A stretch of 64,000 nucleotides of DNA, from NCBI GenBank assembly GCA_013265495.1, contig MU058423.1, forward strand, positions 6,991,449-7,055,448, written 5' to 3'. Below, piece after piece: positions 1-14,200 of this stretch (the stretch's first letter is position 1; each line of letters opens with the position of its first letter). The notes beneath the pieces were generated by a model, which saw only the letters and a list, made by a program, of their open reading frames with translations, had not been told where the DNA came from and searched no databases. Source of the DNA: Vicugna vicugna. Lineage: Eukaryota. The translations under genes and the position numbers were made by a program.

Positions 1-250
1 ATACATACATTCATGGTCACATTCTCTTTTGCTGTGAGCCACCACAAGGTGCTGTATGTATTTCCTTGTGCTACCTAGTGCAATCTTGTTTATCTATTTT
101 ACATTTTGAAATCCCAGTCCCTTCCCACCCCTCATCCCCCTGGCAACCACAAGTTTGTATTCTATGTCTATGAGTCTGTTTCTGTTTTGTACTTATGGTT
201 TTTTTTTTTCTAAGATTCCACATATGAGCGATCTCATATGGTATTTTTCC
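1..250 (-). mobile_element. L1 3'UTR fragment (lineage-specific, 5'-truncated; tail lies left of the window)
   Basis: Closely similar to 1730-1985 of the young L1 copy (AGATTCCACATATGAGC.ATCTCATATGGTATTTTTC). Confidence 0.85.
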
Positions 251-1634
251 ATTGTGTTTTTAGTTCTTTTTCAAAATGAAATTATCCACATTGATGACAT
301 CTTTGTGCCTTTTTAGCTACAACTGCTTTACTGCAATGGTTTGTCTATGAATAACTTTAGGAATGAAAATTTCATATAGTAATATCACTGAACATAGCTT
401 CAAAATCATTTTTTCTTTATTGCTTTCAAAGTGGGCATGCCAAAATGATTATATGTACATTGCTGTTCCAAGAAACACTATTTTTTTTAAGAAAAAACTA
501 TTTTTATTAAGGATTCTTTTAAATCTTCTCCAGCACATCTTTCTTTACTGACCACACACACACACAAATAACCTTTTCTGTTTTATTATTGAGACAAATT
601 CTACCAAAATCATAATCTGAGAAATGTTGTAAATGGCTATACTTTCCTTCAGCAGAAAACCCTTGGTGCTATGATACTCGTTTGAATTTTTTTTCCTCCA
701 AATCTTTGGCAATATTTTCTGTTTCTCCTAAAGTACTTGCTGTTAAATAAATACATGGTTTTTGTGCCATATTATTTTGTTAGTATAATTTGAGCCATTT
801 TACAATAGCAATAAGGAATAAAATTATCCAGTGTTTTGAAATTGTTTTAAACATTGATGAAATTTTCATACATGGAATTAACTATTTTAAACTAAACAAG
901 CCAGTGGCGTTTAGTATAATCAAAGCATTGTGCACCACCCCTTCCATATAGCTCCAAACTATTTTCCTCACTCCAAAGGAGATCCCATACTCATTAAGCC
1001 ATTATTCCTCATTCTTCCTTCTCTTTCCTCAACCCATGGCAACTACAAATATGCTTTCTGTCTCTATGAATTTAACTATTCTAGATATTTCATATAATTG
1101 AGTCATACAACATGAGACTTCTTATGTCAGTTTCTTTCACTTGGCATAATATTTTTAAGATTCATCCATATTGCAATCTATATCAGTATCTTATTTCTTT
1201 TTATATGGCTGAATAGTATTCCATTATCTATCTATCTATCTATGACAGTTTGTTTATTCTTTCTTTCATAGACAGTTGGGTTGTTTCCACTGTATGGCTT
1301 TTGTGAATAGTGCTGGTATGAACACACATGTACATGTATTTATTGTAACACCTGTTTCAATTCTTTTAGATATACAGTTAAGCTTGGAACTGTGAGGTCA
1401 TGTGGGAATTCTGTATTTAACTTTTTGAGGAACCACCAAACTACTTTCTATAGCAGCTAAAAAAGTTAACATTTCCATCAGCAAAGTATGAAGGTTGGTT
1501 CCAGTTAACTCCACCTTGTCACCAACACTTGTTGTTTTCATTATTTTATTATCATACTCATTTTAGTGGTTGGGAAGGGGCATCTTATTGTACTTTTGAT
1601 TTGCATTTCCCTTGACTGATGATGTTAAGCAGTT

Positions 1635-2902
1635 CTTTTTTTAGCGTTTTTTATTGATTTATAATCATTCTACAATGTTGTGTCAAATTCCAGTATAGAG
1701 TACAATTTTTCAGTTATACATGAACGTATATATATATATTCATTGTCACATTTTTTTCTCCGTGAGCTACCATAAGATCTTGTATGTATTTCCCTCTGCT
1801 ATACAGTATAATCTTATTTATCTATTCTACAATTTTGAAATCCCAGTCTATCTCTTCCCACCCCCCGCCCCCTTGGCAACACAAGTTTGTATTCTATGTC
1901 TGTGAGTCTATTTCTGTTTTGTATTTATGCTTTGTTTGTTTGTTTGTTTAGATTCCACATATGAGCAATCTCATATGGTATTTTTCTTTCTCTTTCTGGC
2001 TTACTTCACTTAGAATGACATTCTCCAGGAGCATCCATGTTGCTGCAAATGGCGTTATGTTGTCAGTTTTTATGGCTGTATAGTATTCCATTGTATAAAT
2101 ATACCACTTCTTCTTTATCCAGTCATCTGTTGATGGACATTTAGGCTGTTTCCATGTCTTGGCTATTGTAGATAGTGCTGCTATGAACATTGGGGTGCAG
2201 GTGTCATTTTGAAGTAGGATTCCTTCTGGATATATGCCCAGGGGCAGGATTCCTGGGTCATATGGTAAGTCTATTTCTAGTCTTTTGAGGAATCTCCATA
2301 CTGTTTTCCACAGTGGCTGTACCAAACTGCATTCCCACCAGCAATGTAGGAGGGTTCCACTTTCTCCACAGCCTCCCCAGCATTTGTCATTTGTGGATTT
2401 TTGAATGATGGTCATTGTGACTGGTGTGAGGTGATACCTCATTGTAGTTTTGATTTGCATTTCTCTGATAATTAGTGATATTGAGCATTTTTTCATGTGC
2501 CTAATGATCATTTGTATTTCTTCCTTGGAGAATTGCTTGTTTAGGTCTTCTGCCCATTTTTGGTTTGGGTTGTTTATTTTTTTCTTATTAAGTTGTAAGA
2601 GCTGCTTATATATTCTGGAGATCAAGCCTTTGTTGGTTTCATTTGCAAAGATTTTCTCCCATTTTTGTTTTACTTATTGTTTCCTTTGCTGTGCAGAAGC
2701 TTATAAGCTTCACTTGGTCCCATCTGTTTATTCTTGCTTTTATTTCTATTGCTTGGGTAGATTGTCCTAGGAGAACATTTTTGAGATGTATGTCAGATAA
2801 TGGTTTGCCTATATTTTCCTCAAGGAGGTTTATTGTATCTTGTCTTATGCTTAAGTCTTTGATCCATTTTGAGTTTATTTTTGTGTATGGTGTAAGGGAA
2901 TG
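1635..2902 (-). mobile_element. Young 5'-truncated L1 with ORF2p C-terminal remnant and 15-bp TSD
   Basis: ORF 1948..2625 is the L1 ORF2p C-terminus with a CCHC-like motif ([18 protein letters not shown]). ORF 2639..2965 continues upstream ORF2 in another frame. TSD TGATGTTAAGCAGTT at 1620-1634 and 2903-2917; T-rich tail at the left. Confidence 0.95.
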
Positions 2903-3540
2903 TGATGTTAAGCAGTTTTTGTTTGTTTCTTGGCCATTTGCATATATTTTTGAGAGGAATATCAACTAAAGTCTTTTGTCTATTTTTAAATGGGGTTGTT
3001 TTTATTTGCTCTTGAGTTGTAAGAGTTTTTTGTATATTCTATATCAGACCTTTGTCAGATACATGATTTTCAGATATTTTCTTACAGTCTGTAGATTGTC
3101 TTTTTACTTTCTTTATAAAGTGTCTTTTGAGGTACATTTTCATGGAGTCTAATTTATTTGTTTTTCTTTTTGTTGCACATGCTTGGTGTCATTTCTAAAA
3201 ATCCATTAGCAAAATTGTAAAGATGCCCCCCATGTTCTCCTCTAAGAGCTTTATAACATTAGCTTTCATATTTAGTCAATCCATTTTGAGTTAATGTTTG
3301 TATATGGTATGAGTAAGGGTACAACTTCATTTTTTGTATGTGGATATCTGTTGTTCCAGCACCGTTTATTAAAAACTATTCTTTCCCTTTGAAGGGTCTT
3401 GGAAGACTTGTTAAAATCAATTTGTCATAAATGTATGGGTTTATTTCTGGACTTAAATTTTATTCTATTTGTCAATATGTCTACACTTTTGCTAGCAACA
3501 CATTGTCTTGATTACTGTAGCTCTGCAGTAAGTCTTGAAC

Positions 3541-3625
3541 TTAGAGAACTGTGAGAAATAAATGTTTGTTGTTTGTCACTCACTCTGTGGTGATTTGCTA
3601 CAGCACTCATAACTGAATAAGATAG
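3541..3625 (+). mobile_element. MaLR (MLT1-like) LTR 3' fragment
   Basis: AGAACTGTGAGAAATAAATGTTTGTTGTTT...TGTGGTGATTTGCTACAGCA is characteristic of MLT1 3' ends. Confidence 0.65.
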
Positions 3626-4095
3626 TGTCATTTCACTTTCAACCTATTTGTGTCTTTGGATCTAAAGTTAGTGTTTTGTAGACAGCATACTATTGAATCT
3701 TTTTTAAAAAATTCATTCTGTCAATTTCTATGTTTTGAAAGGTGAGTTTAAGCATTTACATTTAAAGTACTGATAAAGAAGAGCTTACTTCTGCCATTTG
3801 CTATCTGTTTTCATTAATTCATATACATTTTTGTTCCTTATTTTCATTATTGCTGCCTTTTCTGCTTAATGTATTTTTAATTATACCATTTTGATTCTAT
3901 TTTTATTCCCTTTTATGTTTTTTAAGATATATTGTTAAGGTTATCATGGGGATTACAATTAACTATAAAACAGTGAAATAATACCAACTTAGCTTCAATA
4001 GCATACAAGAATTCTGTTCCTATACACCTGTGTTCCATCCTTCCTTATGTTTTTGTCACAAATTGCATCTTTATACATTGTGTGCCCATTAACAT

Positions 4096-4470
4096 TGCAT
4101 AAGTTTGCTGGTACTGCCATAAAAAAAGTACTCCAGATCAGTTTGCTTAACATACAAATTTTTTATTTGTGTACAACAGTAGAAGCTGGAAGTCCAAGAT
4201 CAAGGTATCAGCAGGTTTGGTTTGTTTTTTCCGAGGAATCTCTTTTTGCCTTCCAGATAGCTGCCTTTTCACTGTGTCCTCATGTGGCCTTTCTCTGTGT
4301 GTGGTCACCACTGGCACTCTTCCTCTTCTGATAAGGACACCATTCTCATTGAATTAGGGACCTATTTTTATAACTTTATTTAACCTTAATTACTTTTTTA
4401 AAGACCCTATATCTGAATGCAGATTAAAGCTTGTGCATATAAATTTGGAAAGAATAAAATTCAGTCCATA
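4096..4470 (-). mobile_element. MaLR (MLT1/MST-like) solo LTR
   Basis: GAAGCTGGAAGTCCAAGATCAAGGTATCAGCAGG...CTGTGTCCTCATGTGGC...ATAAGGACAC hallmark motifs. Confidence 0.75.
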
Positions 4471-5856
4471 ATCATAGATTTACAATTATTATTGTATGCA
4501 TTTTTATTTTAAGTTATGTAAAAAACAAAAACAATAGTTGCAGGCTGAAAGTACAACCATGCTGGATTTTATATTTTCCTATGTAGTTACCATTATCAAA
4601 GTTCTTTATTTCATCATATAGCCCTGAGTTACCATCTAGTGTCTTCTTATTTTGGTTTAAAGGATTCCCTTCAACATTTTGTGAAAATAGGTCTACTAGC
4701 AATAAATGCCCTCAACTTTTGTTTATTAGGGAGTGGTCTTCATTTCTACTTCATCTTTGAAAAATAATTTTGCTACAGAATTCTTGGTTGAAAGTTTTTT
4801 CTATCAGCACTTTAAAAAAATTAATCCCACTGTTATCTGGCCTCTGTGGTTTCAGGAGAGAAATGTGCTGTTGATCTTACTAAGGATTCCTTGTACATGA
4901 TGATCCACTTGTCTATTGCTGCTTTTAATATTTTCTGTCTGCAGCTTTCAGCAGTTTTATTATATGACTCAGTGTGGATCTGTCTGCATACTTCTTGGCA
5001 TTTGTTGAACTTCTTGAATGTGCAGACTTATGCATTTTATCAAATTTGGGGAGTTTTGTTGTTTTAGTTTGTTTTTTTTTGTTTTGTTTCCTTTTCTTCT
5101 GTTTTTAAATTTGGGTAGTTCTGAGCCATTATTTCTTCAAATATTCTTCTAACCTTTTTCTCTTGCTTTCCCTTCTGGAATTTTCATTATGAGTTGTTGA
5201 TACACTTGATGGTATCCCAAAGGCTGTGTTCATTTTTCTTTCTTTGTTTTTTGTTTTTTCTTCTGTTCCTCAGACTAAATAATTTCAAACCTATCTCCAA
5301 GTTCATTGATTCTTTCCTCTGTTAATGAAATCCTCTGGAGAGATTTTCATTTCAGTTATTGTGCTTTTCAGCTCTAGAATTTCTGTTTTGTTCTTTTTAA
5401 AAATTTCTCTCTTTATTGATATTCACTGCTTGTTCATCATCATTCTCCTGATTTCTTTTAACCCTTTTTCTATGGGTTCCTTTCACTCTTTAAGTATATT
5501 TAAGACAGTTGATTCATGTATTAAAATTGATTTAAAATCTTTTTCTAAGAAGTCCAATGTCTGTGCTTCTTCAGGGACAGTTTCTGTTTATTTCTTCTCT
5601 GACTGAGACATACATTTTGACTTCTTCTCATGCTTAATAATTTTTGTTGAAAACTGGAAATTTTGTATATTATGACATGGCAACTCTGTAAATCAGATCT
5701 TTACCCCTTGTAGGGATTTGTTTACTGAAGAATTTAGCTATTTGTTTAGTGCTTTTCCAGACTGTTTTTAAAAGTCTGCAACTTTTTTCATGTGTGGTCT
5801 CTGAAGTCTCTGTTTCTTTAGCTCGTGTTTGAACAGATGTTTCTTAGAAAGACACG

Positions 5857-5970
5857 GGGAGAGAGAGAGAGAAAGAGAAGGAGGAGGAGGAGGAGTAAAA
5901 GAAGCATGGGGAGAGGGAGGAGATGGAGGAGAATAAGGAGGAGGAGGAGATGAAGAAGACGAAGAAGAAC
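5857..5970 (+). repeat. Polypurine (GA)n/(GGA)n low-complexity tract
   Basis: GAGAGAGAGA...GGAGGAGGAGGAGG...GAAGAAGACGAAGAAG. Confidence 0.85.
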
Positions 5971-7024
5971 AGTCCTTTTTGCTTCTGTGTTTGCTACTTT
6001 TTCAGTTCTCAGCCAGGCCATTTAAAACTCTGCCTTAGCCTTCATTTCCTGGAGATCAGCCAGAAGTGAGAGATAAGAATCTTCTTAGGTTTTTAGTAAG
6101 GATGTGTCTTGCCCTGAGTTTTTCCTGCGGCTTTCTAATTTTCCCATACACAAGGATGCTTTTGAATACTTTAAAAAACAAAATTAAAAAAGAATTATTT
6201 CCCCAGTTTTTCCTCCTGGGCTTTGGACACACTATTGAATCAAGCTTAATCTTTTGCCCCAGGAAGTTGCACATTGTTCTTTAGCCTTACAGTGTGGTTC
6301 AGGAATGTCTACCACTTTTCTGACCAGTGTGATTTCTGAGTAAGGCAAAATAAAGACAAGTATCTTGTATCAGTCTTTCAGTTAGCTCTGCTCTGTTTCT
6401 CCTCCCTGGCACCAGGGTCACATACTGGAAATGTGAGCTGTGGTCTGTGAGACTGCTGCTGAGCCAGCAAGGTGGGTGGGGCCAAAACAAAATAAAAATG
6501 CCACAAATCTTTCCTACCATTTTTACATTGCCTTTTTATTAATTCAGTGTTTTTCTAAATTACTGTAAATATTTTTTCTAGAGTTTTAACAAAGCTGATT
6601 CTGACCCTTTTTGCTTGATTTTTCTGTATTACTATAGAAAGACCGTTGCTTGAATCTACCAGCTGTCATTTTTGCTGACATTGTCTGATCCTTCTATGAA
6701 TTTTTGTCTTTAACTATTAAATCTGAAATGTCAAAAGCAGTTTTTAAATTTAAGATGTACTGAACTTTTGAAAATCGCATAATTCATATGAAGTTACACA
6801 TCCCTGACAAAACTGGAGCTTTCTCTCCCAATTATAGAGGAGTTAATTAACCACGTCTTGATAACTGAAATAACTTAAGCTTGTCATTAGTGAGGGTCAC
6901 CATTTAAAAGCAGTAAATACAGGCTTCATTTGGTTTGCTTGATACATATCTTTAGGGTATTTTGCATAAGAACCAAGAGATGGCTAGTTTATATTGCTAA
7001 CTGATAAGTACAATGAATGACACT

Positions 7025-7387
7025 TGCTATAGACAGAAGGTTGTATTCCCTGCCAGAATTCATATATTAAAACCTAATTCCCAATGTGATTGTATTTGGA
7101 GGTGGGTCTTTTGTGAGGTGATTATGTCATGAAGGTGGAACCTTCATGAATGCAGTTAGTGCCCTTATAAAAGAGGGCTCAAAGAGCTACTTTGCCCCTT
7201 TTGACATGTAAGGTTACAGTGAAAAGACAGTCACTACATATGAACAAGAAGGTGGGTCTCCATCAGATACTGAATCTGCTGGCCCCTTGATCTTAGACTT
7301 CTCAGCCTCCTGAGAAGCAAATTTCTGTTGTTTATAAGCCACTGATTACATGGTATTTTTGTTATAACAGCCCAAACAGACTAAACA
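7025..7387 (+). mobile_element. MaLR (MLT1A-like) solo LTR
   Basis: TG...CA termini, ~360 bp, with CCCAATGTGATTGTATTTGGAGGTGGG and TTTCTGTTGTTTATAAGCCAC motifs. Confidence 0.8.
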
Positions 7388-7555
7388 GAAATTTTCTTTT
7401 GAAATTATCTTAATGCCTTATCAATAAAACCAAAGTAGATTATTGCTGTCCTACTTGAAGTTATGTACAAATCCTTGCCTCTTATATTTGTAAATAAAAA
7501 GTGTCCTTGTCCCTAAGCTTGGCCTGTTGTTACTTCTTTTGTTAGTGATAAAAGA

Positions 7556-7653
7556 CATATATATGTATATACATATATATGTATATATGTGTGTGTGTAT
7601 ATTATATACATACATATAATACATATTATATATATAATATATACACACACATA
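7556..7653. repeat. Imperfect (TA)n/(TG)n/(CA)n microsatellite
   Basis: Alternating purine-pyrimidine run seen directly. Confidence 0.85.
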
Positions 7654-8001
7654 TCTCATTACCTAACATGTTGCTTTAGAGAACAGAAGATCAGTTTGTA
7701 CCAAATTTGACAATATAGTAAAATTTTCTCTGGATTCTACTGTCATTATGATTTAATTATATATGGAGGAGTAATAATTTAGTGATGCTAATATTTGTTA
7801 TACAAAGACTTGTTTCTCTACATGTGCTCTTTAATTCATTTTTATATCATCTAACAAATATTGTTTGTATTAGTAGTCTTTTTAAAACAAATATTTTGGA
7901 TAGTATAGAGAAAGGAATACTATTAAATCTCTCTGAAAGAGCTTCCAGAACAGTTGAATAGTCCATTTTAAAGTGAAACCAATAGTACTGAAAAAAAATG
8001 G

Positions 8002-8240
8002 TGTATTATCCAGGTTTCTCTAGAGAAAAAAAACTAATAAAATTGATGGATATAAAATATTTATTATGAGGAATTGGCACATGTGATAATAGTCTGAGAA
8101 GTCTCATGATCTGCCTTCTCCAAGGTGGAGACCCAAGTGGTATAATTCAGTTGTAATCCAAAGGTCTGATAACCAGGGAAGTCAATAGTGTAAATCCCAG
8201 CCCAAGGGCAAGAGAAGATGAAATGAGATAAGATGAGATG
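8002..8240 (-). mobile_element. MLT2-like (ERVL) LTR fragment
   Basis: TGTATTATCCAGGTTTCTCTAGAGAAA...ATTTATTATGAGGAATTGGCACATGTGAT...GAGAAGTCTCATGATCTGCC. Confidence 0.65.
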
Positions 8241-11200
8241 TTGTCATCAAATATGAGATACATACCTCTATACATATATAAACATGGGCTAAGCAGGGTA
8301 TGTAAGAAAATGTATCCTAGAGCAGCATTTCTTGAAACATTTTCTTAGACAGCTCTCTCTTTCCTCAATACTTCTCAGTTATAAAGGCTGCTAATAGTCT
8401 CTTTTCTTTCCTGTTTCCACATGTGCTCCACATCTCTTCCTTCCACTAGTGCCCTGGCATTCTCTCTTAGGATAAGTAATTTTCTCCTATGCTGATTGCT
8501 TTTCTTGCAGAAATGCTCAACTTTTTATCCCATCCTAGCCCTTGAGATTCTGAGGAATAAAATTCTCTGGCAAGACAAAATTTTAGGAAAAATTGCCAGT
8601 AATAGATCTGAAATGTAAATGATCTCGAAGATGTCCACAAGCTATGAGGATATAAGGCAGGATAGGCATTCCCTGGACAATCCCCAAGGGATATTGCTAA
8701 AGACCTTTAAGGTGACGTGAAAACTGAGCTAGCTTTTCAGTAAATAGCAATGACTATATTTTCTATTCTGTTATCAGACTAAATAAGCCACTGTACATTT
8801 GTTTAGAATACTATAATAGTCATCACCAATTATGTTTACATTTCCTTAAGTTATTTATCTGACCTAGCAAGGGGTGTGTATATGTATTTAAGTGTGTATT
8901 TAAAACATTTTCTGATCATTATTTTAAGTTATTAATCTCAAATAAAGGTCTATTTAAGACAGTATTAAATAATATAGAATTTGTTAAAAGAAAATCACTT
9001 TCTGTAAGAAGTAACAATTTACTTCCAGAGTATGATGCCCGATTTCATAGGCAATTAATTGACTCATTAATAGATTTTCCTTTCTTTACTCTAACATGAG
9101 GAAGGTTCTAAGATTTAGGCCAATGTCCCATTCAAATATTTGTGAAATCACTATCCTTATTTATGAAATATTTTTGAGGATAACTCATAGAATTATTTTT
9201 GCTGTTATATATTCATAATATAATATGAATGTTTATATATAAAATTAAAAAAATTTGTAACCCAGTGATTTGAAATCCTTATATAAATTCCTTGACATTT
9301 TCATTTTTCCACTCTTACCCATTCATCAAAATTTACTCACATACCCTGCTTCAGAATCACTGGGTAGAAACAACATGGAAGACAGTGGAGGCTACAGGAA
9401 AAAGAGCTGGGTGGTTGTCAATATTGACGTCCATGGGATCTTTGACACAAATCATGCAGGATCCTTATTATCATGAGATAGTGGAGATGAGGAGGAAATC
9501 TGAACTAGATGAGACCTGTATCAGAAGAACTGATCCTTCTAAAGCTTTGAATCCTGATTTAGTTAAATATTCCAATAAACTGTGCCTCATGGAATATGTC
9601 AGCTTTGTCTTGATTGTCCAGACCTCAAAGGTCCAGTTTCATGGGTGGTGCTGGTGTTGAATCTTCCTTCCAGGTTCATCAGCTCCATGGTATTAGTAGT
9701 TACCAGGGGGTCCAATCTCAGCTTGGGTCTTAGGAATATAGTGACTCATATCTAAAGTTCCAATATTTTAAAATAATGGACAAAATCACATAAACAGACT
9801 CTTTTGTGTTTTAAAGCAGAATTAAAATGCACAATTAAGGTTAAGTACCAACAAAAGCATTCAAAGCTCAATGAGAAGAGGAATCCAAGATGTTGAAGAT
9901 ACAGTATAGGATGAGGATTTCTGCCCTCAAGGTGTTTATAGTCTAGAAGGAAATATTTATCTAAGGCGTGATATAATTTTATCTACCACAAAGTTTTAAA
10001 GTTTTGTATTAACAATTCTTGAATAGTGCTTACAACTTTTAAGATGTTCCACATATTTACAAAATATTGATGTAATTATGATTATATTTCTTCTCTAACA
10101 TATTGAATGTCTTTCTTCTTTTTCTTCTTGGGAAGTGTGAATCACTGAGGTTCACTTCACTGGTGTTTTCCATTTGCAAAAACATAAACTTATAAAATAA
10201 TTTTATATTCCCAGAAGAGAGTTATATCTGAGGGTTGGCATCGGAATAAAAATAACTCATCTTCATTTACCTTTAAAAATAGGCTTTTTATTTCTTAGAA
10301 ATGTATTCAAAGATGTAACTCTTTAATTATATTTATAGATTTTTTAACGCTATAGTGCCTGACATTCCCTTTCCTTATTTTAATATTTGTATTGTTGGGG
10401 ATCTCATTCATTTTAATAGTTAATCTGCAAAGAAATAATGTGCTTACTATAAAATACAAAAAACGCTCTAAAAACACTTTACTTATAAGGAAAAAACTGA
10501 TAATGAGAGCAGAAGTTGGGAATAAAGTGTTTTTCACATATTCTGTTTCTGTATCCCTAGTTTGAACTTTGAGTGCCCTTATCCTCATCCTTAAAATGAA
10601 ACTATTAAGATTGCTACATTCCTGCTTCATAAAGATGTTATAAAAACTAACAACAACAAAAAACCATTAAATATTTTAAATAAGAAAGTTTGCATTTTAG
10701 TGAGAAGGGTATTTTGCTTTCAAAAGAATACCTTCATAGTAAATATTGCTTGTTTTGCAACTATTTAAATCCATATGTGATTTTTCAGCCTTACAGATTC
10801 GATTGGGAAAACTTTTGAAGTCAGATCTATTGTTTGTCCGGCATCTGAATGTGCAATAATTTGACCATACCAGTACTGGCAGAAAGTACAATATTGGGAG
10901 GGTTATTAAACACTGAGAATCTGCAAAACAAATTAAGTCAGAGTTATTCATCACAGATGTTTTAAAAATCAGATCTATTTCAATATTTAACCATATTCAC
11001 CAGCCTTAAATCTTATATTTGGCATTTGTTTTGGCATCAAAAGAATGTATAAGAATGTCATAAAAATAACAGAAATATTGTTTTTAATTCAGAAATCTGT
11101 TTGTGTGAGTCTTTAGATTTCTGAAGCACATGCATTTGATTTCAGAATTAAATAAGCTGGTACAAATGGTGGAGACACAAAACAGATTGCACTTGGTTGT

Positions 11201-14200
11201 CTGGAAAAAATATTCATTTTAAGTCAAAAATATTGACAAATGCCATTGGGATGGATGAATCTATGAAGGCATGACTGAGGTGAATAAGAGGATTCATTTA
11301 TTTTAGAAAGTGCACTGATATATTTGGTCATTTTTAAGTTATTTATATTAGGAAATAATGTGTCAAAGGAAAACTATTTGCATATTCTCATTTTACCTGT
11401 GAAATTAAATACAAAAATTAATAACATTGTTATGAGTAAATTTTTAAAAGTAAATAATCCCTATAAAGAAGCTGAGAAAAAAGAAGCTAAAATCCGTACT
11501 TTTAGCAAACTTATTTTATTGGGAACAGCCAGTGTGAATCCAGGCCATTACTACTCAAATGATGATTGGGATGCCATTACAGTGAAACATCACTGGGATA
11601 TGTCTTGGGTGTGGTACTTCCCTTGGCCATGGCACGTGGTTCACTAAAATGTTTAAATTCCCATCTTCTACCAATAGAGATGTTGATGCTGTCCTATACC
11701 ACTTTGTAAAAAGCTTGTTATAATTTTGCTGACACACAGGAGTTTAGTAAATGCCAAGCCCATTCAATTATGAAGAAAAAAGATACAGAGAGTAAAAATA
11801 TCTCGACAAAGATCCAAGAATATTTAAAATTTTACTTCGAATCATTCTGTTCTCTGTTCCTCTCATCTGTCTTTGGGCATTTATGAGAAAGAACTATGGT
11901 AGTTTCCTGTGAGTATGGCTAACTAAAGGACATTTTTAAGAGAGATGTACATGAATATATAAGGCCATATTCCTTGCTTGTTTGGGGTTCATTTAGATTT
12001 GATTTTACTTTAAGTTCTTTTAAACAGGATAGTTCTGTCATCTCTGAGTTGGCTCCCTCAACACTCTAACAGACCAAACTTTTCATCTGAAGATTCTGTT
12101 TTATCATGAAAATTGTGCTAAATTTGGATTCCTCTGAAGTTCTGTATGTTATTTCACAGTAAAGGTGAAGAAAAATACCTAGTCATCACTGTGAGCTACT
12201 TGTACTTGTGAGCTAGGCTGACTGTGGAAATAAATGACTCTAGCTCTTCCCCACCCCCACTTTTTATAATAAAATGGCCCATCTGTGAGGTAAGAGAGAC
12301 TAACTCCATTTTTAAGCAGAGACTAATTTTTAGCCACTCATGTATTAGAAAAACTGTAAAATAAATGTCAAAGTGCTTAGTCATTTATTTCTTAAAATAA
12401 TTGACCTAACGTTCAGAAAAGGGCAAGAAAGACAAAACCATTAGGCACAGTGAGAGAGGGATTACATTCAACAGCAATTTTCTTTTAAACATTTTAAGTA
12501 TTTCCGATGTGTGAAAGAGTTTCCCACTCCTGTAATAATTTCTCATTCAATAACCCAAATTTGATGCATTCGTTTCAGTTATACCAGTGTTTGGAGAAAA
12601 TGTCTCTCTCTATATATATCATCTCTCTCTATCTTTCTCTCCCTCTCTCTCATAGATGCCAAGTGATTTCAAAGGTGATGCATCTTTTCAAAAATCTACT
12701 CCTTGCACCTAATTCTACTTGTAGTAACATAAGTCTTATTATAGAGTTCTCTCTACCTCTAATACTCTATTACCGTTGGTATTAAGGGCATTCACTTTTG
12801 GACAAGGTTCTGATTCCGTATTCCCTCATTCCTAAGAATGTTTGACAATATTAAGGGAGATTTATGATTTATACAATGTTTAATAAAGCTCTATGAACAC
12901 TGTAGATTGTCTAGAACCTTTAAGTTCCCCTAATCCGACCTCCTAATCAATTATCAAATTATTATCTGAGTTTCTTAGACAAGCTAATGTGGACAAATGG
13001 TCAATCTAACATACTGCTACAAAGGATGTGACTATTTTTTTTCTCAACTGTTTTCATCTTGTTTTTGAATGACCTGCAATCAAAACAAATTCTACAAAAG
13101 CTGAACATATATCTTTAAACTTCGCTTTTTAATACGACAAGGTAGGAAATGTCATATAGCTAACTGCGCTTCAAATAAAAGACCTATGTCAGGAAAACTG
13201 TCATACTCTACTACATTCTGAATCTGCATATAAACAGTCAGCAAGGATTGGCTGAAAGGTGGCATAGAAAACCATGTCCCTGGAATTCATCCCCTGTGAA
13301 GCTGAAGATAGTGAGATGGGTCTCTTCCAGCTTCTCTCTGCGCCCTTTGTTATTTGGCATGATCCTTCCTCGCACTGAATTCACCTACTGCAAAAACGGG
13401 CAGGTTCCTAGGAGGCTCTAGATCCGGCAGCTAGCTACAGGCGAGAGGAGTTGGGCATAATTAACTGTTCCTTACTGTGAATCCACTATATTTCCTTCCA
13501 GAGTATTAATTCAGACCTAGATTATGCCTCTCTGGGCAGTGGCCAGAGGAATTCAGACCACAGCGTACAGGGAGCATAAGGTAGTAATAACTCTATTCAC
13601 TCAAGCCACTTTGCCTGAAAGGACCCTTTCATCGCAGTGAGGAGGCCTGACTTGTGACCAGAAGGTGGGGCTTGCTAGCCTGACTGCATCATTTCTCACC
13701 TCCCAGAACAGTATCAGGCCATGGAATTCTCTATAAATCAGGAAAGCTATTGAGAGACAATTTGGAACATCATTTCTACATGTTGCTCCAGGCACTGTAA
13801 CTCTAGCTATTGAGTTGATTTAGGATTTTGGTAGCTTCACAAATAATGTGTTTCTAAACTTTGTATTAATTTCCCTGTTTTACATTTAAGAGAAGACCTA
13901 GAGAATAAGTTTAAAAATATACAAAGAATTGGACCGAAAAATCAGGTTTCAAAAAAATTTGAAACTGAAAACTCACGCAGATTTTTCAGTTTGCGAAGAT
14001 GAAGGGTAATGAAGATGGTAAATTTAGGTATATTTTCACCTTCAGGTTCTTAATTTTTAATTTTACATTCACATTCAAACACTGTATAATAGTTGTTTTA
14101 TTGAATTATATTAATAATTTGAAGTTATGATCTGAAAAACTAGTTGGTGATATTTCAGCAGATATTTCTCTGCTGATATAAGGAATCCCAAACATTTTGC

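Larger units (their letters stand above)
845..6680 (-). mobile_element. Ancient L1M-type fragments (L1MB-like 3' end, decayed ORF2/ORF1) interrupted by younger insertions
   Basis: Typical antisense L1 text (e.g. TGGCTGAATAGTATTCCATT, CTGTATTTAACTTTTTGAGGAACCACC) that resumes at 2918 after the young L1. May be more than one element; boundaries approximate. Confidence 0.75.

Noticed and set aside
5818..6021. Poly-Leu, membrane-like ORF
   Set aside because: Artefact of translating the (GGA)n/(GA)n tract on the minus strand.
14151..14180. Hairpin TCAGCAGA-N6-TCTGCTGA
   Set aside because: An 8-bp stem is within chance expectation for 64 kb; no other support.
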